Shown in pieces: positions 11,701 to 26,700 of a DNA stretch of 64,000 nucleotides (positions are counted from its first letter, which is position 1; every line of letters begins with the position of its first letter). The stretch is from contig NW_026963298.1 of NCBI RefSeq assembly GCF_036588685.1, positions 434,001-498,000 of the forward strand, given 5' to 3'. The stretch is from Mytilus trossulus. Its lineage: Eukaryota. The notes under the pieces are model-generated. The model was not told the origin of the DNA. It saw only the letters and a list, made by a program, of their open reading frames with translations, and made no database searches. Made by a program: the position numbers and the translations under genes.

Positions 11701-14700
11701 TTACAATTATAACATATGGTGTAGCATTCTCCTGTTTTCATTTGCTATTACGATCACGTGTTTCAAAGTTTATTTTGTGTATCCGAAGCCTTGGTTATAT
11801 TTTTAGCTTTATTGCCGCAATGATTATATGTATGATTCTTTAGTGGTGATTAAAAAAATAAAGTAGTAAATTAAGATTTATGACGTCATGGTGTCGCACA
11901 AACCAACCACGGAGGAAGCGCCACACCAGACGAAGTTAATCAGAAGGAGATATCACGAATGTTTCGTCAAAATACAGACACTGTAAAAGCAAGGAATCTA
12001 ACGCAATAAGATGTGATCCAAAGCTATTCAAAGAATATCGATATTAAAAAAAACGTGTAAAAAATGCTGCAAAATACAATTTGAAAATAAACAGAAGGAT
12101 ATTTAATGTCATTTACCTAATATATATATTTTTTTGTATTATATAAGTTAATGACTTTCACTCAGTCAATACGTTATATATGGACCTGTTAAATTATATT
12201 GCCACTTGAACTTCTTTCTCGGTAAATATAATCTGAAAAGGTTCATATAACGTATTGACCTCGTCATCAGTCTACTATAAGTGATTAAACAAATTATTTT
12301 AAGTTCAAGCCTATATTCTTTTTAAAGTGAATTTGTGATGCTTCGAATCATATAAAAACAAACATGCAGATTGAAAAAGTATTGATATCAAATTGAAAAC
12401 TGATAATGTTTGTTATACACTTAGTGAAAACCTGAGTTGTTACAATATCATTTTAGTTGCCTAATTTATCATTCAATGTGATGCTTATATTTTTTTGTTC
12501 TATTCAGAAGGGAAGAACTGCATTTAACCTTGCTGCATCATACGGTACAACAGAAACTATAAAGACGCTGATCGATGCTGGAATTGATGTCAACTTACTT
12601 GAAAAGGTCAGTGCTTCATTAATCAATTATAACACTTATCAGTCATGTATCCATGTCTGTTATATCAATGTTCTTAAAATGATATAAACATTTTGCTAGA
12701 CATCACTTGAAGGTGTAACCCATCATAGAAATGGAATATTTACATTTGGGAACGCATGTCTTATGTCGTAAACTTTGGTTTTCAAAATGTTTCATGGTTT
12801 ATTCTTAAAAGTAAGTCATCATATGAGACAGACTTGAACATATATGAGTTATACATAAAAATATGTACAGCAAATGTTTGTTATACATCATGCCTGAACT
12901 ATTTTATTGACAAGATATTTTACCAGATAGTCCACCAACAGAGGTATCGAGTCAGTAATATCAGCATGCTCTGAATGGCATGCCTCACAAGTGTTCTTCT
13001 CTCTTTCATCTTTACTGAATGAACTACAATATAGTTCATATGTTTTACAAATACGAATACCACTACAAGCGGATTTTAGTTGCAATTGAAACACGTTGCT
13101 GTCTTAGTCTTTTTTTGAAGAGTTTATAAAAATCTCATTAGGGGAAGCAAAGTAAATAGACAATATAATTATCAGCCGAAAACAGTAACATCATAGTACA
13201 CTACCATAACACTTCTAATAAGATGTGTGACTTTGCGATACAGATATATAATTCCCATAGGGTGATTTGTATGTCTTCAATTAATAAATATGTACTGCGT
13301 TTATATCAAGGATGGCTCGAGTGCACTACACAATGCTGCAAGTAAAGGAAGTGCAGGAATTGTTGATTTGCTTATTAACAATGGAATTGAGATCAATCTT
13401 CAGAAAAAGGTAAGTTGTACAATAGAAATAAAACAGGCGAACTCCTGATCTAACACCACAATGTGACTATGTCAATGGCAAACATTAAAGAGTGCAGGTC
13501 AATGCAAACCAATCGTTTACTTTATTTACATATGTTCTGATAAATAGAAGCATTACAAATTGTTGTATAATTCATAGAAGCATAACTTGTTGTTGTCTGA
13601 AACATAGAAGTATTACAAATTGGTGAATAATACATGGAAGCATTACTAGTTGTTGTCTGATGCATAGAAACATTACAAATTGTTTTTCTGGTACATATCC
13701 ACAGCGGATTTTAGTTGCAATTGAAACACGTTGCTGTCTTAGTCTTTTTTTGAAGAGTTTATAAAAATCTCATTAGGGGAAGGAAAGTAAATAGACAATA
13801 TAATTATCAGCCGAAAACAGTAACATCATAGTACACTACCATAACACTTCTAATTAGATATGTGACTTTGCGATACAGCTATATAATTCCCTTAGGGTGA
13901 TTTGTGTGTCTTCAATTGATAAATATGTACTGCGTTTATATCAAGGATGGCTCGAGTGCACTACACAATGCTGCAAGTAAAGGAAGTGCAGGAATTGTTA
14001 ACTTGCTTATTAACAATGGGATTGAGATCAATCTTCAGAAGAAGGTAAGTTGTACAATAGAAATAAAACAGGCGAACTCCTGATCTAACACCACAATGTG
14101 ACTATGTCAATGGCAAACATTAAAGAGTGCAGGTCAATGCAAACCAATCGTTTACTTTATTTACATATGTTATGATAAATAGACGCATTACAAATTGTTG
14201 TTTAATTCATAGAAGCATAACTTGTTGTTGTCTGAAACATAGAAGTATTACAAATTGGTGCATAATACATGGAAGCATTACTAGTTGTTGTCTGATGCAT
14301 AGAAACATTACAAATTATTTTTCTGGTACATATAAGCATAAAAATTTGTCGTCGGATACATTAAATCATTAAAAATTGTTGTCTGATACATAGAAGCATT
14401 ACAAAGTGTTGTCTGTTACATAGAAGCATTACAAAGTGTTGTCTGATACATAAAATCATTAAAAATTGTTGTCTGATACATAGAAGCATTACAAAGTGTT
14501 GTCTGATACAAAGAAGCATTACAAAGTGTTGTCTGATACATAAAATCATTAAAAATTGTTGTTTGATACATAGAAGCATAACAAAGTGTTGTCTGATACA
14601 TAGAAGCATTACAAAGTGTTGTCTGATACATAGAAGCATTGCAAAGTGTTGTCTGATACATAGAATCATAACAAAGTGTTGTATGATACATAGAAGCATA

Positions 14701-17700
14701 ACAAAGTGTTGTCTGATACATAGAAGCATTGCAAAGTGTTATATGATACATAGAGGCATTACAAAGTGTTGCCTGATACATAGAAGCATAACAAAGTGTT
14801 GTCTGATACATAGAAGCATTACAAAGTGTTGTCTGATACATAGAAGCATAACAAAGTGTTGTCTGATACATAGAAGCATTACAAAGTGTTGTCTGATACA
14901 TAGAAGCATTACAAAGTGTTGTCTGATACATAGAAGCATAACAAAGTGTTGTCTGATACATAGAAGCATTACAAAGTGTTGTCTGATACAGAGAAGCATT
15001 TCAAAGTGTTGTCTGATACATAGAAGCATTACAAAGTGTTGTCTGATACATATAAGCATTACAAAGTGTTGTCTGATACATAGAAGCATTACAAAGTGTT
15101 GTCTGATACATAGAAGCATTACAAAGTGTTGTCTGATACATAGAGGAATAACAAATTGATGTTTGATACATAGAAGCACTACACATTGGTGGCTCATACA
15201 TAGAAGCATTACAAATTGTTTTCTGATATGTCATGGTTTCTCTTCTTTTTGTAATTTTGTACATTTCAATTTATTTCGAGATCCATGTCTTAATATCAGT
15301 GAATATGTGAGTTAGGCAAAGTAAGTTTACCTTATGCTTCTCTTGCGTTGGGCTACACAATTTGTCAAATATGTCGGCAATGAAGAAGAATTACAAAATA
15401 TATTAAATTGTAACTTAACGATCTACATTACCAAAAAAGTATTCAATAAGATATTTTAACATCCAATTCGATTTTACTACAAGGCTGTCGTACACAATTA
15501 TAAAGGACAAAGCACAGAAAGAAAATATAACGCAAGGGACAACAAAAAAGTAAATGGACAATATAAGTATCAGTCAAAAGCAGTAACATCATAGTACACT
15601 ACCCTAACACTTCTAATGAGATGTGTGACTTTGCAATACAGCTATATACTTCCCATAGGCTGATTTGTATGTCTTCAATTAATAAATATGTACTGCGTTT
15701 ATATCAAGGATGGCTCGAGTGCACTACACACTGCTGCAAGTACAGGAAGTGCAGGAATTGTACATTTGCTTATTAACAATGGAATTGAGATCAATGTTCA
15801 GACGAAGGTAAGTTGCATATTAGAAATAGAACAGGCAAATTACTAATCTAACACCAGAATGTGACTATTTCAATGGCAAACATTAAAGAGTGTAGGTCAA
15901 TGCAAACCAATCGTTTGCTTTATTTCCATATATCAATACACATTGTTGTCTGATACATAGAAGCGTTACAAATTGTTGTTTGATACTAAGAAGCATTACA
16001 AACTTTTATATGATATATAGAAGCATTACCAATTGTTTTCTGATTCATATAATCATTACAAACTGTAGTCTGATATATACCAACATTACAAATTGATGCC
16101 TGATAAATAGAAGCATCACAAGTTGATGTCTCATACATAGAGGCATTACAAACTGTTGTCTGATACATAGAAGCATTACACATTGTTTTCTTGTACATAT
16201 AAACATTACGAATTGTTGTCTGATACATAGAAGAAATACAAATTGTTTTATTATACATATAATCATTACAAACTGTTGTCTGATACATAGCAACATTACA
16301 AATTGATGCCTGATACATAGAAGCAATACAGACCGTTGTCTGATACATAGAAGTATCACAAATTATTATCTGATCCATAGAAGGAAAACTATTTTTTTTC
16401 TGGTACATAGAAGCATTAAAAATTGATGTATTATACATAGAAGCACTGCACATTGGTGGCTCATACATAGAAGCATTACAAATTGTTTTCTGATATGTCA
16501 TGGTTTCTCTTCATTTTTGTCATTTTGTACATTTCAATTTATTTCGAGACCCATGTCTTAATATCAGTTAATATGTGTGTTAATCAAAATGAGTTTTCCT
16601 TATGATTCTCTTGCGTTTGGCTACACAATTTTTCAAATATGTCGGTAATAAGAAGCAGTACAAAATATATTAAATTGTATCCTTACGATCTACATTAACA
16701 AAAAAGTATTCTATATAATATTTTAACATCCAATTCGATTTTACTACAAGGCTGTCGTACACAATTATAAAGGACAAAGCAAAGAAAGAAAATATAATGC
16801 TAGGGACAACAAAAAAGTAAATGGACAATATAAGTATCAGTCAAAAGCAGTAACATCATAATACACTACCCTAACACTTCTAATGAGATGTGTGACTTTG
16901 CAATACAGCTATATACTTCCCATAGGCTGATTTGTATGTCTTCAATTAATAAATATGTACTGCGTTTATATCAAGGATGGCTCGAGTGCACTACACACTG
17001 CTGCAAGTGAAGGAAGTGCAGAAATAGTTAATTTGCTTATTAACAATGGAATTGAGATCAATGTTCAGAAGAAGGTAAGTTGCACATTAGAAATAGAACA
17101 GACAAATTACTGATCTAACACAAGAATGTGACTATTTCAATGGCAAACATTAAAGAGTGTAGGTCAATGCAAACCAATCGTTTGCTTTTTTTCCATATAT
17201 CAATACAAATTGTTGTCTGCTACATAGAAGCGTTACTAATTGTTGTTTGATACTAAGAATCATTACAAACTCTTGTAATGCGGCGTAAAGCAACCAACAA
17301 TCAATCAATCAATCAAACTCTTGTATGATATATAGAAGCATTACCAATTGTTTTCTGATACAAAGAAGCATTACAAATTATTGTCTGATACATAGAAGAA
17401 ATACAAATTGTTTTCTGATACATAGAATCATTACAAACTGTTGTCTGATACATAACAAGATTACAGATTGATGTCTGATACATAGAAGCATCACAAGTTG
17501 ATGTCTCATACATAGAGGCATTACAAACTGTTTCCTGATGCATAGAAGCATTACAAATTGTCGTCTGATACTTAGAAGCATTACAAATTGGTGTCTGATA
17601 CATAGAAGCATTACAAACAGATGTCTGATACATAGAAGCGTTACAAATTGTTTTCTTGTACATATAAACATTACGAATTGTTGTCTGGTACATGGAAGCA

Positions 17701-20700
17701 TTACAAATTGATGTCTTGTACATAGAAGCATAACAAATTGATGTTTGATACATAGAAGCACTACAATTTGGTGACTGATACATAGCAGCATTACAAACTG
17801 TTTCATGGTACATAGAAGCATTACAAATTGTTTTCTGATACATAGAAGCACTACAAATTGTTTTTTTGTACATATAAGCATTATAAATTGTTGTCTGATA
17901 CATAGACACATTACATCTTATTATCTGATACCTAGAAGCACTAAACATTGGTGCCATATATACATAGAAGCATTACAAGTTTATTTCTGATACATAGAAT
18001 CATTACAAACTGTTATCCAATACATAGACACTTTACAAATTGTGGTCTGATACTTAGAAGCCTCACAAATTGTTGTCTGATACATAGAGGCATTTCAAAT
18101 TGCTGTCTGATACATAGAAGCATTAGAAATTGCTGTCTGATACATAGAAGCTTCACAAATTGTTTTCTGGTACATAGAAGCTTCACAAATTGATGTAAAA
18201 TACATAGAAGCATTACAAACTGTTATCTTATACATAGAAGCATCACAAATTGTTGTCAAATGTATAGAGGCATTACAAATTGTTGTCTGATACATAGAAG
18301 CATTACAAAGTGTTGTCTGATACATAGACGCATTACAAACAGATGTCTGATACATAGAAGCATTACAAAGTGTTGTCTGATACATAAAAGCATTACAAAC
18401 AGATGTTTGATACATAGAAGCATTACAAATAGATGTCTGATACATAGAAGCATTACAAAGTGTTGTTTGATACATAGAAGCATTACAAAGTGTTATCTGA
18501 TACATAGAAGCATTACTAACAGCTGTCTGATACATAGAAGCATTACAAAGTGTTGTCTGTTACATAGAAGCATTACTAACAGATGTATGATGCATAGAAG
18601 CATTACAAAGTGTTGTCTGATACATAGAAGCATTACAAAGTGTTGTCTGATACATAGAAGCATTACACATTGATGTCTGATATGTCATGTTTTCTCTTAT
18701 TTATGGTTATAACACATATGATAGCAGCATAGTACGTTTTGACATGTAAATTAAATGTTTATGTAACAAACTAACAAACTAAAATATTATGTATGTATAA
18801 TAGTTTTTTTATTGTCATTTTGTACATTTCAATTTATTTTGAGATTCATGTTTTTATATCAGTGAAAATGTGTGTTAGTCAATCTGAGTTTCTGAATTTT
18901 AATGCGCGTATTGTTATGCGTTTACTTTTCTACATTGGCTAAAGGTAAAGGGGGAGTGTTGAGATCTCACAAACATGTTTAACCTCGCCGCGTTTTTGCG
19001 CCTGTCCCAAGTCAGGAGTCTCTGGCCTTTGTTAGTCTTGTATTATTTTAATGTTAGTTTCTTGTGTCAATTTGAAAATTAGTATGGCGTTCATTATCAC
19101 TGAACTAGTAAATATTTGTTTAGGGGCCATCTGAAGGACGCCTCAGGGTGCTTGAATTTCTCTCTACATTGAAGACCTGTTGGTGACCTTCTGCTGTTGT
19201 TTTTTTTTCTATGGTTGGGTTGTTGTCACTTTTACACATTCCAATTTCCATTCTGAATTTTATTGCTTTATACTTTTCGTGCGTTTGGCAACGCAACTTG
19301 TCAAATATACCGGCAATGAAGAGGAAGTACAAAATATATCAAATTGTAACCTAACGATCTTCGTTATTATAATTAGTGTTCTATATAATATTTTAGCATC
19401 CAATTCGATTTTACAACAGGCTGTCACACACAGTTATATAAAACAGAGCAGAGAAAGACAATAAATAAAATGCAAGGGAAAACAAACTTTACAAAATTAT
19501 TTACTTTATAAACCACAATTTGGTGTATATGTCTTACAACAACGAAGTCAACACTATAAACTGTTTTGAGCCTAAATGGAAACACACGGCAGTGTTATTC
19601 AAATTACCATGAATAATCATTCTTCCGTACGATCTCATAAAATATATATTTAATGGACAATATACACGAAACAATCATCAGTAGAAAAACATTATATTGA
19701 ACACATTAGTACACTACCATAACACAGGATGTGTTACTTTGCTGATCATCTATATACATCCCAACGTCTGAATTTTTTTTATATGTGTTACACTGTTATA
19801 TCGTAACTCTGTTTCTTCCAAGGATGGTTCCACTGCACTACACAATGCTGCAAGTACAGGAAATACAGAAATTGTCCAATTGCTTATTGATAATGAAATC
19901 GAGATCAATTTTCAAAACAAGGTAAGTTATACATAAAAACACAAGTGAGAAACTAAATAAAATGATAATGTGGATATTGTACATGGCAAACAGTGCACAA
20001 AATGTAGACTGCACGGGAATATAAACTGAGCGTTTGCTTAATTCATGAACGTTATGAAAAATAGTAGCATGAACTATTGTATTCCTATATTGATGTCACT
20101 TTTTTCATTTGATTTGCCTTAAACTAACCACTAATTCGTTTCTTGTTGCTTACATTTAATAGCCAACATAGGATATTTGATGTTTTCAAAATATTTCAAG
20201 CAATTGAGAGAGGTTAACTGAGCCTTTTCGGTAATAACAGTATTTTAAGTCCGATGTAGCAAAATAAGTTGATTATTTTATTGAAAATACACATTTCAAG
20301 CCTTTGTCACTCAAAAATGTAGCACACATGTCGGCTATAGTAGAGGGAATACATGACCAAACAGTGTGTTAACTACAAAAAGCATGAAACAATATATTAT
20401 CCTATAATATTTCTACATTCACTATAATATGTCAAATCTGTTTAGGTCTGTCCCGAAAAAAACTATCTTCTAGGTTTTAAAACAAAGATAAAAGATAATA
20501 TAGCAATTGAGCGTTTCAATTAAAACAGAACAGAAAATGCACACACAAAACCGTTGAAAGGACAAAGTTTGTCAACATAACACACGATGTAAAATTAATA
20601 TCATAACAAACAAAAAATTAAAAAAAAAATCAACAAGAACATTACATGATCTGTAATGATAAAAAGGTACTGCGTCAAATGTGACTTCCTTTAGGATGTT

Positions 20701-23700
20701 GATGCAAATGAAAAGCCGTTCAACTTTGAACAGTTGGAGACTGATTTTTCCTTATGATCCGTGAAACTTCCCGTAGTCATTTAAGCCACAGATATGACAT
20801 ACGGTTCACTAAGGATGGAGTCCGTTACACGTTTGAAAATATTTCTTTTGCTTACTTAGTAATCCTTAATATATATTCATGTAATATATATTAATGTAAA
20901 TGCTTCCTTGTAAGCAGTAACATAATATAAACGAGATAGATAAAGTACACAAAAGCACAGGACTACAGTATTACCTGGATTACCTTAGATGTATATATCT
21001 GTGCTGCTGGACTGTTACTATTTATAGCGTTTACAGTTGTGAAGCTTAAATTACGCTTTTTGTCGTAGTATTTTCTCACGAAATCGTCAGTGTCAATGAT
21101 TCCACGTTGTTATAACATTTTGATTCAAATAACAATCTCTATGAATATCTTGCTAGTCGAAGGCCGCCCCTTTTGTTTTTGCGTCCTATATTTGGTTCAA
21201 ATTTAGCTTTCACATTAATTTTCATTTATGGCCTGCATTGGTGAATAATATCTACGCCAATAATAACATATTTGACGGAAAAAAGTTACAACTAACTTCC
21301 GTCGACTTAAAAGTTTGTATCTGGACTTAATTTTAGAGAAAAAGTATAAAATTTTCCGAACTTATTTATATAATGCATGATATATTTAATTAATGATAAA
21401 TTAGATAGGTAATAAGTAAAAACAGCAACATGGTTAGATAGACTTGATGATGAAAATACCACTAAAATTAACGATATCTACATCAGAACTGTATACTTTA
21501 AAATAATGAAAGCACATACTTAAATGTTAAGGATAGTCAGATAAATCATACAAACATTATTGTGATGTAAGTTTTAACAATGAATACTCGTGGAGACCAT
21601 TACAATGTTTGTATGTTGATGACAATTGAACAGTGTCATTACGAAAATGAACATACACTTGATGGAAAAAAAATATGATAACTTTGTGTAAACAAAAAAG
21701 AGGACTACAATACCAAGTTATTTCAATCTTCTTGATATTCCTTATTCATACATCTAACATCAATATTTAATAACTGCAATGTATTTCAGGATGGTTCGAC
21801 TATACTATTTGACGCTATATTAAAAGGAAAGACAGACATTGTGCACTGGCTTATTGACAAGGGAATTGATATTAATGTACAGGACAAGGTGAGCTATAAA
21901 TTCGATATAAACTAATAAACACGACAGTAGTGATTGGTCTAATATGGAGCTTGTGTGTATCAAATATTGTAAACTAGACAATCAATTACAAACATTCAAA
22001 TACGATTTCATATTTAGATTGCTTGTTTGGTGATTTTTTCATATGGCAATGTTGATAAGTTAGATTACGTCAATTATGCTTTAGTAGCAATAAACCAAAA
22101 AACTATGTTAATTGGACATGTTTTGATACTATATATGCCCTTGAATTTTTACTAGATAACATTTTTGTTTCTGTTTGGGGATTCCGTATATCGTCAGATT
22201 ATCGGAATTCCAATGGGGACGAACTGTGCACCACTTATTGCGGACCTCTTTTTGTATTGTTATGAGTTACAATTTATGACAAAAATAAGCAAAGACCCAT
22301 CAAAACAACATCTGATAAACAAATTTAATAATACTTTTAGATATTTGGATGATATTTTGGCTCTCAATAATGACGACTTCAGTGTGTATATTAATGAAAT
22401 GAATCCTGGTAAACTTACTTTAAATAAAGCTAATACTAACAATGACCACTGCCCTTTCCTCGATCTTGATATCTATATCACTAACGGAAAGCTGAATACT
22501 AAAATTTATGATAAAAGGGATGATTTTTCATTTCCTATCGTTAATTATCCGTTTTTAGATGGTGACGTTCCCTTGTCACCATCTTACGGTGTTTACATAT
22601 CTCAACTTGTACGATTCGCTCGTGTATGTAACAATGTTTTAGATTTTAACGAGAGAAATTTATGTATTACTGAAAAATTATTACACCAGGGTTTTCGATA
22701 TCACAAACTAGTCAAAACATTTACTAAATTTTATCATCGGTATAAAGACATCATTCGTAAATATAGCTCAACATGCAGACTTCTTATACGTTCAGGTATT
22801 TCACGTCTATTTTTTTATGGAAATATTCTTTATAAAGCACAAAGGTGTCAGTATTCACCTCAAAAACTTACAAAACCGTTGAATAGACTTATTAAGAAGG
22901 GATATAATTACGATACTGTTGTCAAGTCATTAAAGATTGCATATTTTGGCGTAAATATTGAGTCACTGATAAGGTATTTGCGTCGGAACTAAACACATTT
23001 ATTTAAAAAACAGTTGTTGGCATGACACGGGTTATGTTCTTCTCATATATGTTATGATACTAAACCCCTTACGGGAAGGATTGTGCCTGATGTTCATCTT
23101 TCAGTCAGTTTAATTGAAGTCTGGAGCTGGCATGTCAGTTAACTGCTAGTAGTCTGTTGTTATTTATGTATTATTGTCATTTTGTTTATTTTCTTTGGTT
23201 ACATCTTCTGACATCAGACTCGGACTTCTCTTGAACTGAATTTTAATGTGCGTATTGTTATGCTTTTACTTTTCTACATTTGTTAGAGGTATAGGGGGAG
23301 GGTTGAGATCTCACAAACATGTCAAATTTATTCGTTCATTGTGTAATCATACGTTTTTTGATTGAGTTAAGTCTGCCAATTGATATTTTATCGTATGTTT
23401 TTATATGTTGTGATGTTATGCTATTGTTTCAGAAAAAGGGAGAAGGTTTGGGCCCATTAAAACGTTTAATCCCGCTGCAAATGTTTGCACCTGTCCTAAG
23501 TCAGGAATCTGATGTACAGTAGTTGTCGTTTGTTTATGTAATATATTCGTGTTTCTCGTTTCTCGTTTTGTTTATATAGATTAGACCGTTGGTTTTCCCG
23601 TTTGAATGGTTTTACACTAGTAATTTTGGGGCCCTTTATAGCTTGTTGTTCGGTGTGAGCCAAGGCTCCGTGTTGAAGGCCGTACTTTAACCTATAATGG

Positions 23701-26700
23701 TTTAATTTTTTAATTGTTATTTTGATGGAGAGTTGTCTCATTGGCACTCACACCACATCTTCCTATATCTATTAACCCCGCCGCATTTTTTGCGCCTGAC
23801 CCAAGTCAGGAGCCTCTGGCCTTTGTTAGTCTTGTATTATTTAAATTTAGTTTCTTGTGTACAATTTGGAAATTAGTATGGCGTTCATTATCACTGAACT
23901 AGTATATATTTGTTTAGGGGCCAGCTGAAGGACGACTCCGGGTGCGGGAATTTCTCGCTACATTAAAGACCTGTTGGTGACCTTCCGCTGTTGTTTTTTT
24001 TATTTGGTCGGGTTATTGTCTCTTTGACACATTCCCCATTTCCATTCTCAATTTTATTTAATTTCTTTTTACATTTTCTTGTTTTCCAAATATGGGACAT
24101 TTGATTTCTACATTGTAATTCTTTATTCATCATTATTTAAAAGGGGTGACATAATTGGATCGAATAAGGAATGAATAAGGAAAAAACATACAAAAACGGA
24201 TAGTTCACAAATATGCATAAAGGAAGAAGTTGCAAACATAAGCGTCTCCGGTGATTCTCATGTAGATGAAACGCGCGTCTGGCGTACTAAATTATAATCT
24301 TGGTACCTTTGATATATTTGAAACAAATAAGGAAAAAAAATGAATAAGCAATAAGGAACAATTTGTAACGAATAAGGAAAAAGTGACAATTATGTAACGA
24401 ATAAGGAATAAATTACAATTATGTAACGAATAAGGAATAAGGAATAAGTAACAACTTGTAACAAATAAGCAATAAGGAACAATTATGTAACGAATAAGGA
24501 ATAAATGATAATTATGTAACGAATAAGGAATAAATGACGATTATCTAACGAATAAAGTATAGGAAACAATGATGTAACGACTAAAGAATGAGTAACATTT
24601 TTTTAACGAATAAGGAATGAGTGAACATAATTTAACGAAAAAGGAATACGTAACAATTATGTAAGGAATAAGAATATATAACAATTATGTAACGAATAAG
24701 GAATACGTAACAATCATGTAACAAATACGGAATAAGTTACAATTATTTAACGGATAAGGGATAAGTAACAAGTATGTAACGAATAAGGAATAAGTTACAA
24801 TAATGTAACGAATAAGAAATAAGTAACAATTATTTAACGAATAAGGAATAAGTAACAATTATGTAACGAATAAGGAATATGTAACAATTATGTAACGAAT
24901 AAGCAATACGTAACAATTATTTAGAGAATAAGAAATAAATAACAATTATTTAAAGAATAAGAAATAAGTAACAATTATTTCAACGAATAAGAAATAAGTC
25001 ACAATTATGTAACGAATACGAAATATGTAACAATTATGTAACGAATTAGAAATAAGTAACAATTATATAAAGAATAAGGAATAAGTAACAAGTATGTAAC
25101 GAATAAGGAATAAGTAACAATTATTTAACGAATAAGGAATAAGTAACAATTATGTATAAAATATCGAATAAGTAATAACAAATTGAATGTTTACATTTAG
25201 GAACTCATGTCTTGTGTCGTAAACTTTGGTTTTTAACATGTTTCATGGTTTATTCTGAAATATAAGTCATAATATGAGACAGACTTGCACATATATGAGT
25301 TATACATGAAAATATGTACAGCAAATGTGTGTTATAAATCATGCATGAACTATCTTATTGACAAGATATTATACCAGCTAGTCCACAAACAGAGGTATCG
25401 AGTCAGTGACATCAGCTTGCTCTAAATGGCATGCCTCACAAGTGTTCTTCGCTCTTTCATCTTTACTAAATGAACTACAATATAGTCTAACAATTCCTAA
25501 TACCACTACAAGCGGATTTTAGTTGGAATTGAAACACGTTGCTGTCTTTGTCTCGTTTTGTAGAATTTAAAAAAAAAATATAGACGAAAGAGAAGGAAAT
25601 GGACAATATATATAAGTATCAGTCAAAAACAATAACATCATAGTACACTACCATAACACTTCTAATGTGATGTGTAACTTTGTGGTACAGCTACATGTAT
25701 ATACTTCCTTTAGGCTGATTGTTATGACTTCAATTGATATATAATGTACTGCGTTTATATCAAGGATGGTTCGAGTGCACTACAGATTGCTGCAAGTAAA
25801 GGGAGTGCAGAAATTGTTAGTTTACTTATTGACAATGGAATTGAGATCAATTTTCAGAAGAAGGTAACTTAAACATTAGAAATATAACAGACGAACTACT
25901 AATCTAACACCAGAATGTGACCATTTAAATGGCCTTCAATGAGAGCCGTGGTGTAGTGGTTAGTGCATCGGACTACTAACACAAAGGTTCCTGGTTCGAT
26001 TCCCGTTTGGGATGAAAATTTCAGGAACTCAATTTTCGGCTCTCCCTTGACACCATTTGCGAGTATGGTCTTGAGGAAACGATGATAGTCCGTCGAAAGG
26101 GGACGATAAATGGCTGACCCGTGTTATGAGAGAGCCATATCTCTTGCATGTTAAAGACCCCCTTGTAGATATCGAAAAAGAGTAGGCTAATGCCGCTACA
26201 AGGCAGCACTCGCACCCGCAAAGTGGAAAGGGATTAATATAAGTTGCAAAACTTGTTTCCCAATCCACTCTAAATAGATATGTTTAAACTAAATGGCAAA
26301 CATTAAAGAGTGCAGGTCAATCAAACCACGCGTTTTTTTTTTATTTACATATCTGATGATAAAAAGAAGCATTACAAATTGGTGTATTTTACATAAAAAC
26401 ATTACAAACTGACGCCTGATACATAGAAGCATTACGAATTGTTGTCTATCAAACTGAAAACTTATTTCACATATACTAAAAACCTCTTTTTCATCAGTAG
26501 TGAGAAAAGGTTTGCAATATTTTTTATTTGTAATATTTAATGAGCAATTTATTATTTTGTATACACATAATGCTGCTTTTGCTGCACACAATATGTGCCT
26601 GGATGTATTAATAAACTTGTATTTGTCTGATACATAGAAGCATAACAATTTTTTGTCTGATACATAGAAGCATTAGAAATTGCTTTCTGATACATACAAG

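Larger units (their letters stand above)
15940..18682. repeat. 30-bp minisatellite arrays (15940-16495 and 17205-18682)
   Basis: Same unit, following exons E and F. Confidence 0.95.

Noticed and set aside
14361-18673. Cys/His-rich repetitive ORFs on both strands (HRSITKCCLI, MYQTTLCNAS, MLLCIRQHFV)
   Set aside because: Translations of the 30-bp minisatellite, open in several frames and on both strands, lying inside introns.
25941-26012. tRNA gene
   Set aside because: Has A/B boxes but no proper acceptor stem, and continues into a SINE body flanked by a TSD.
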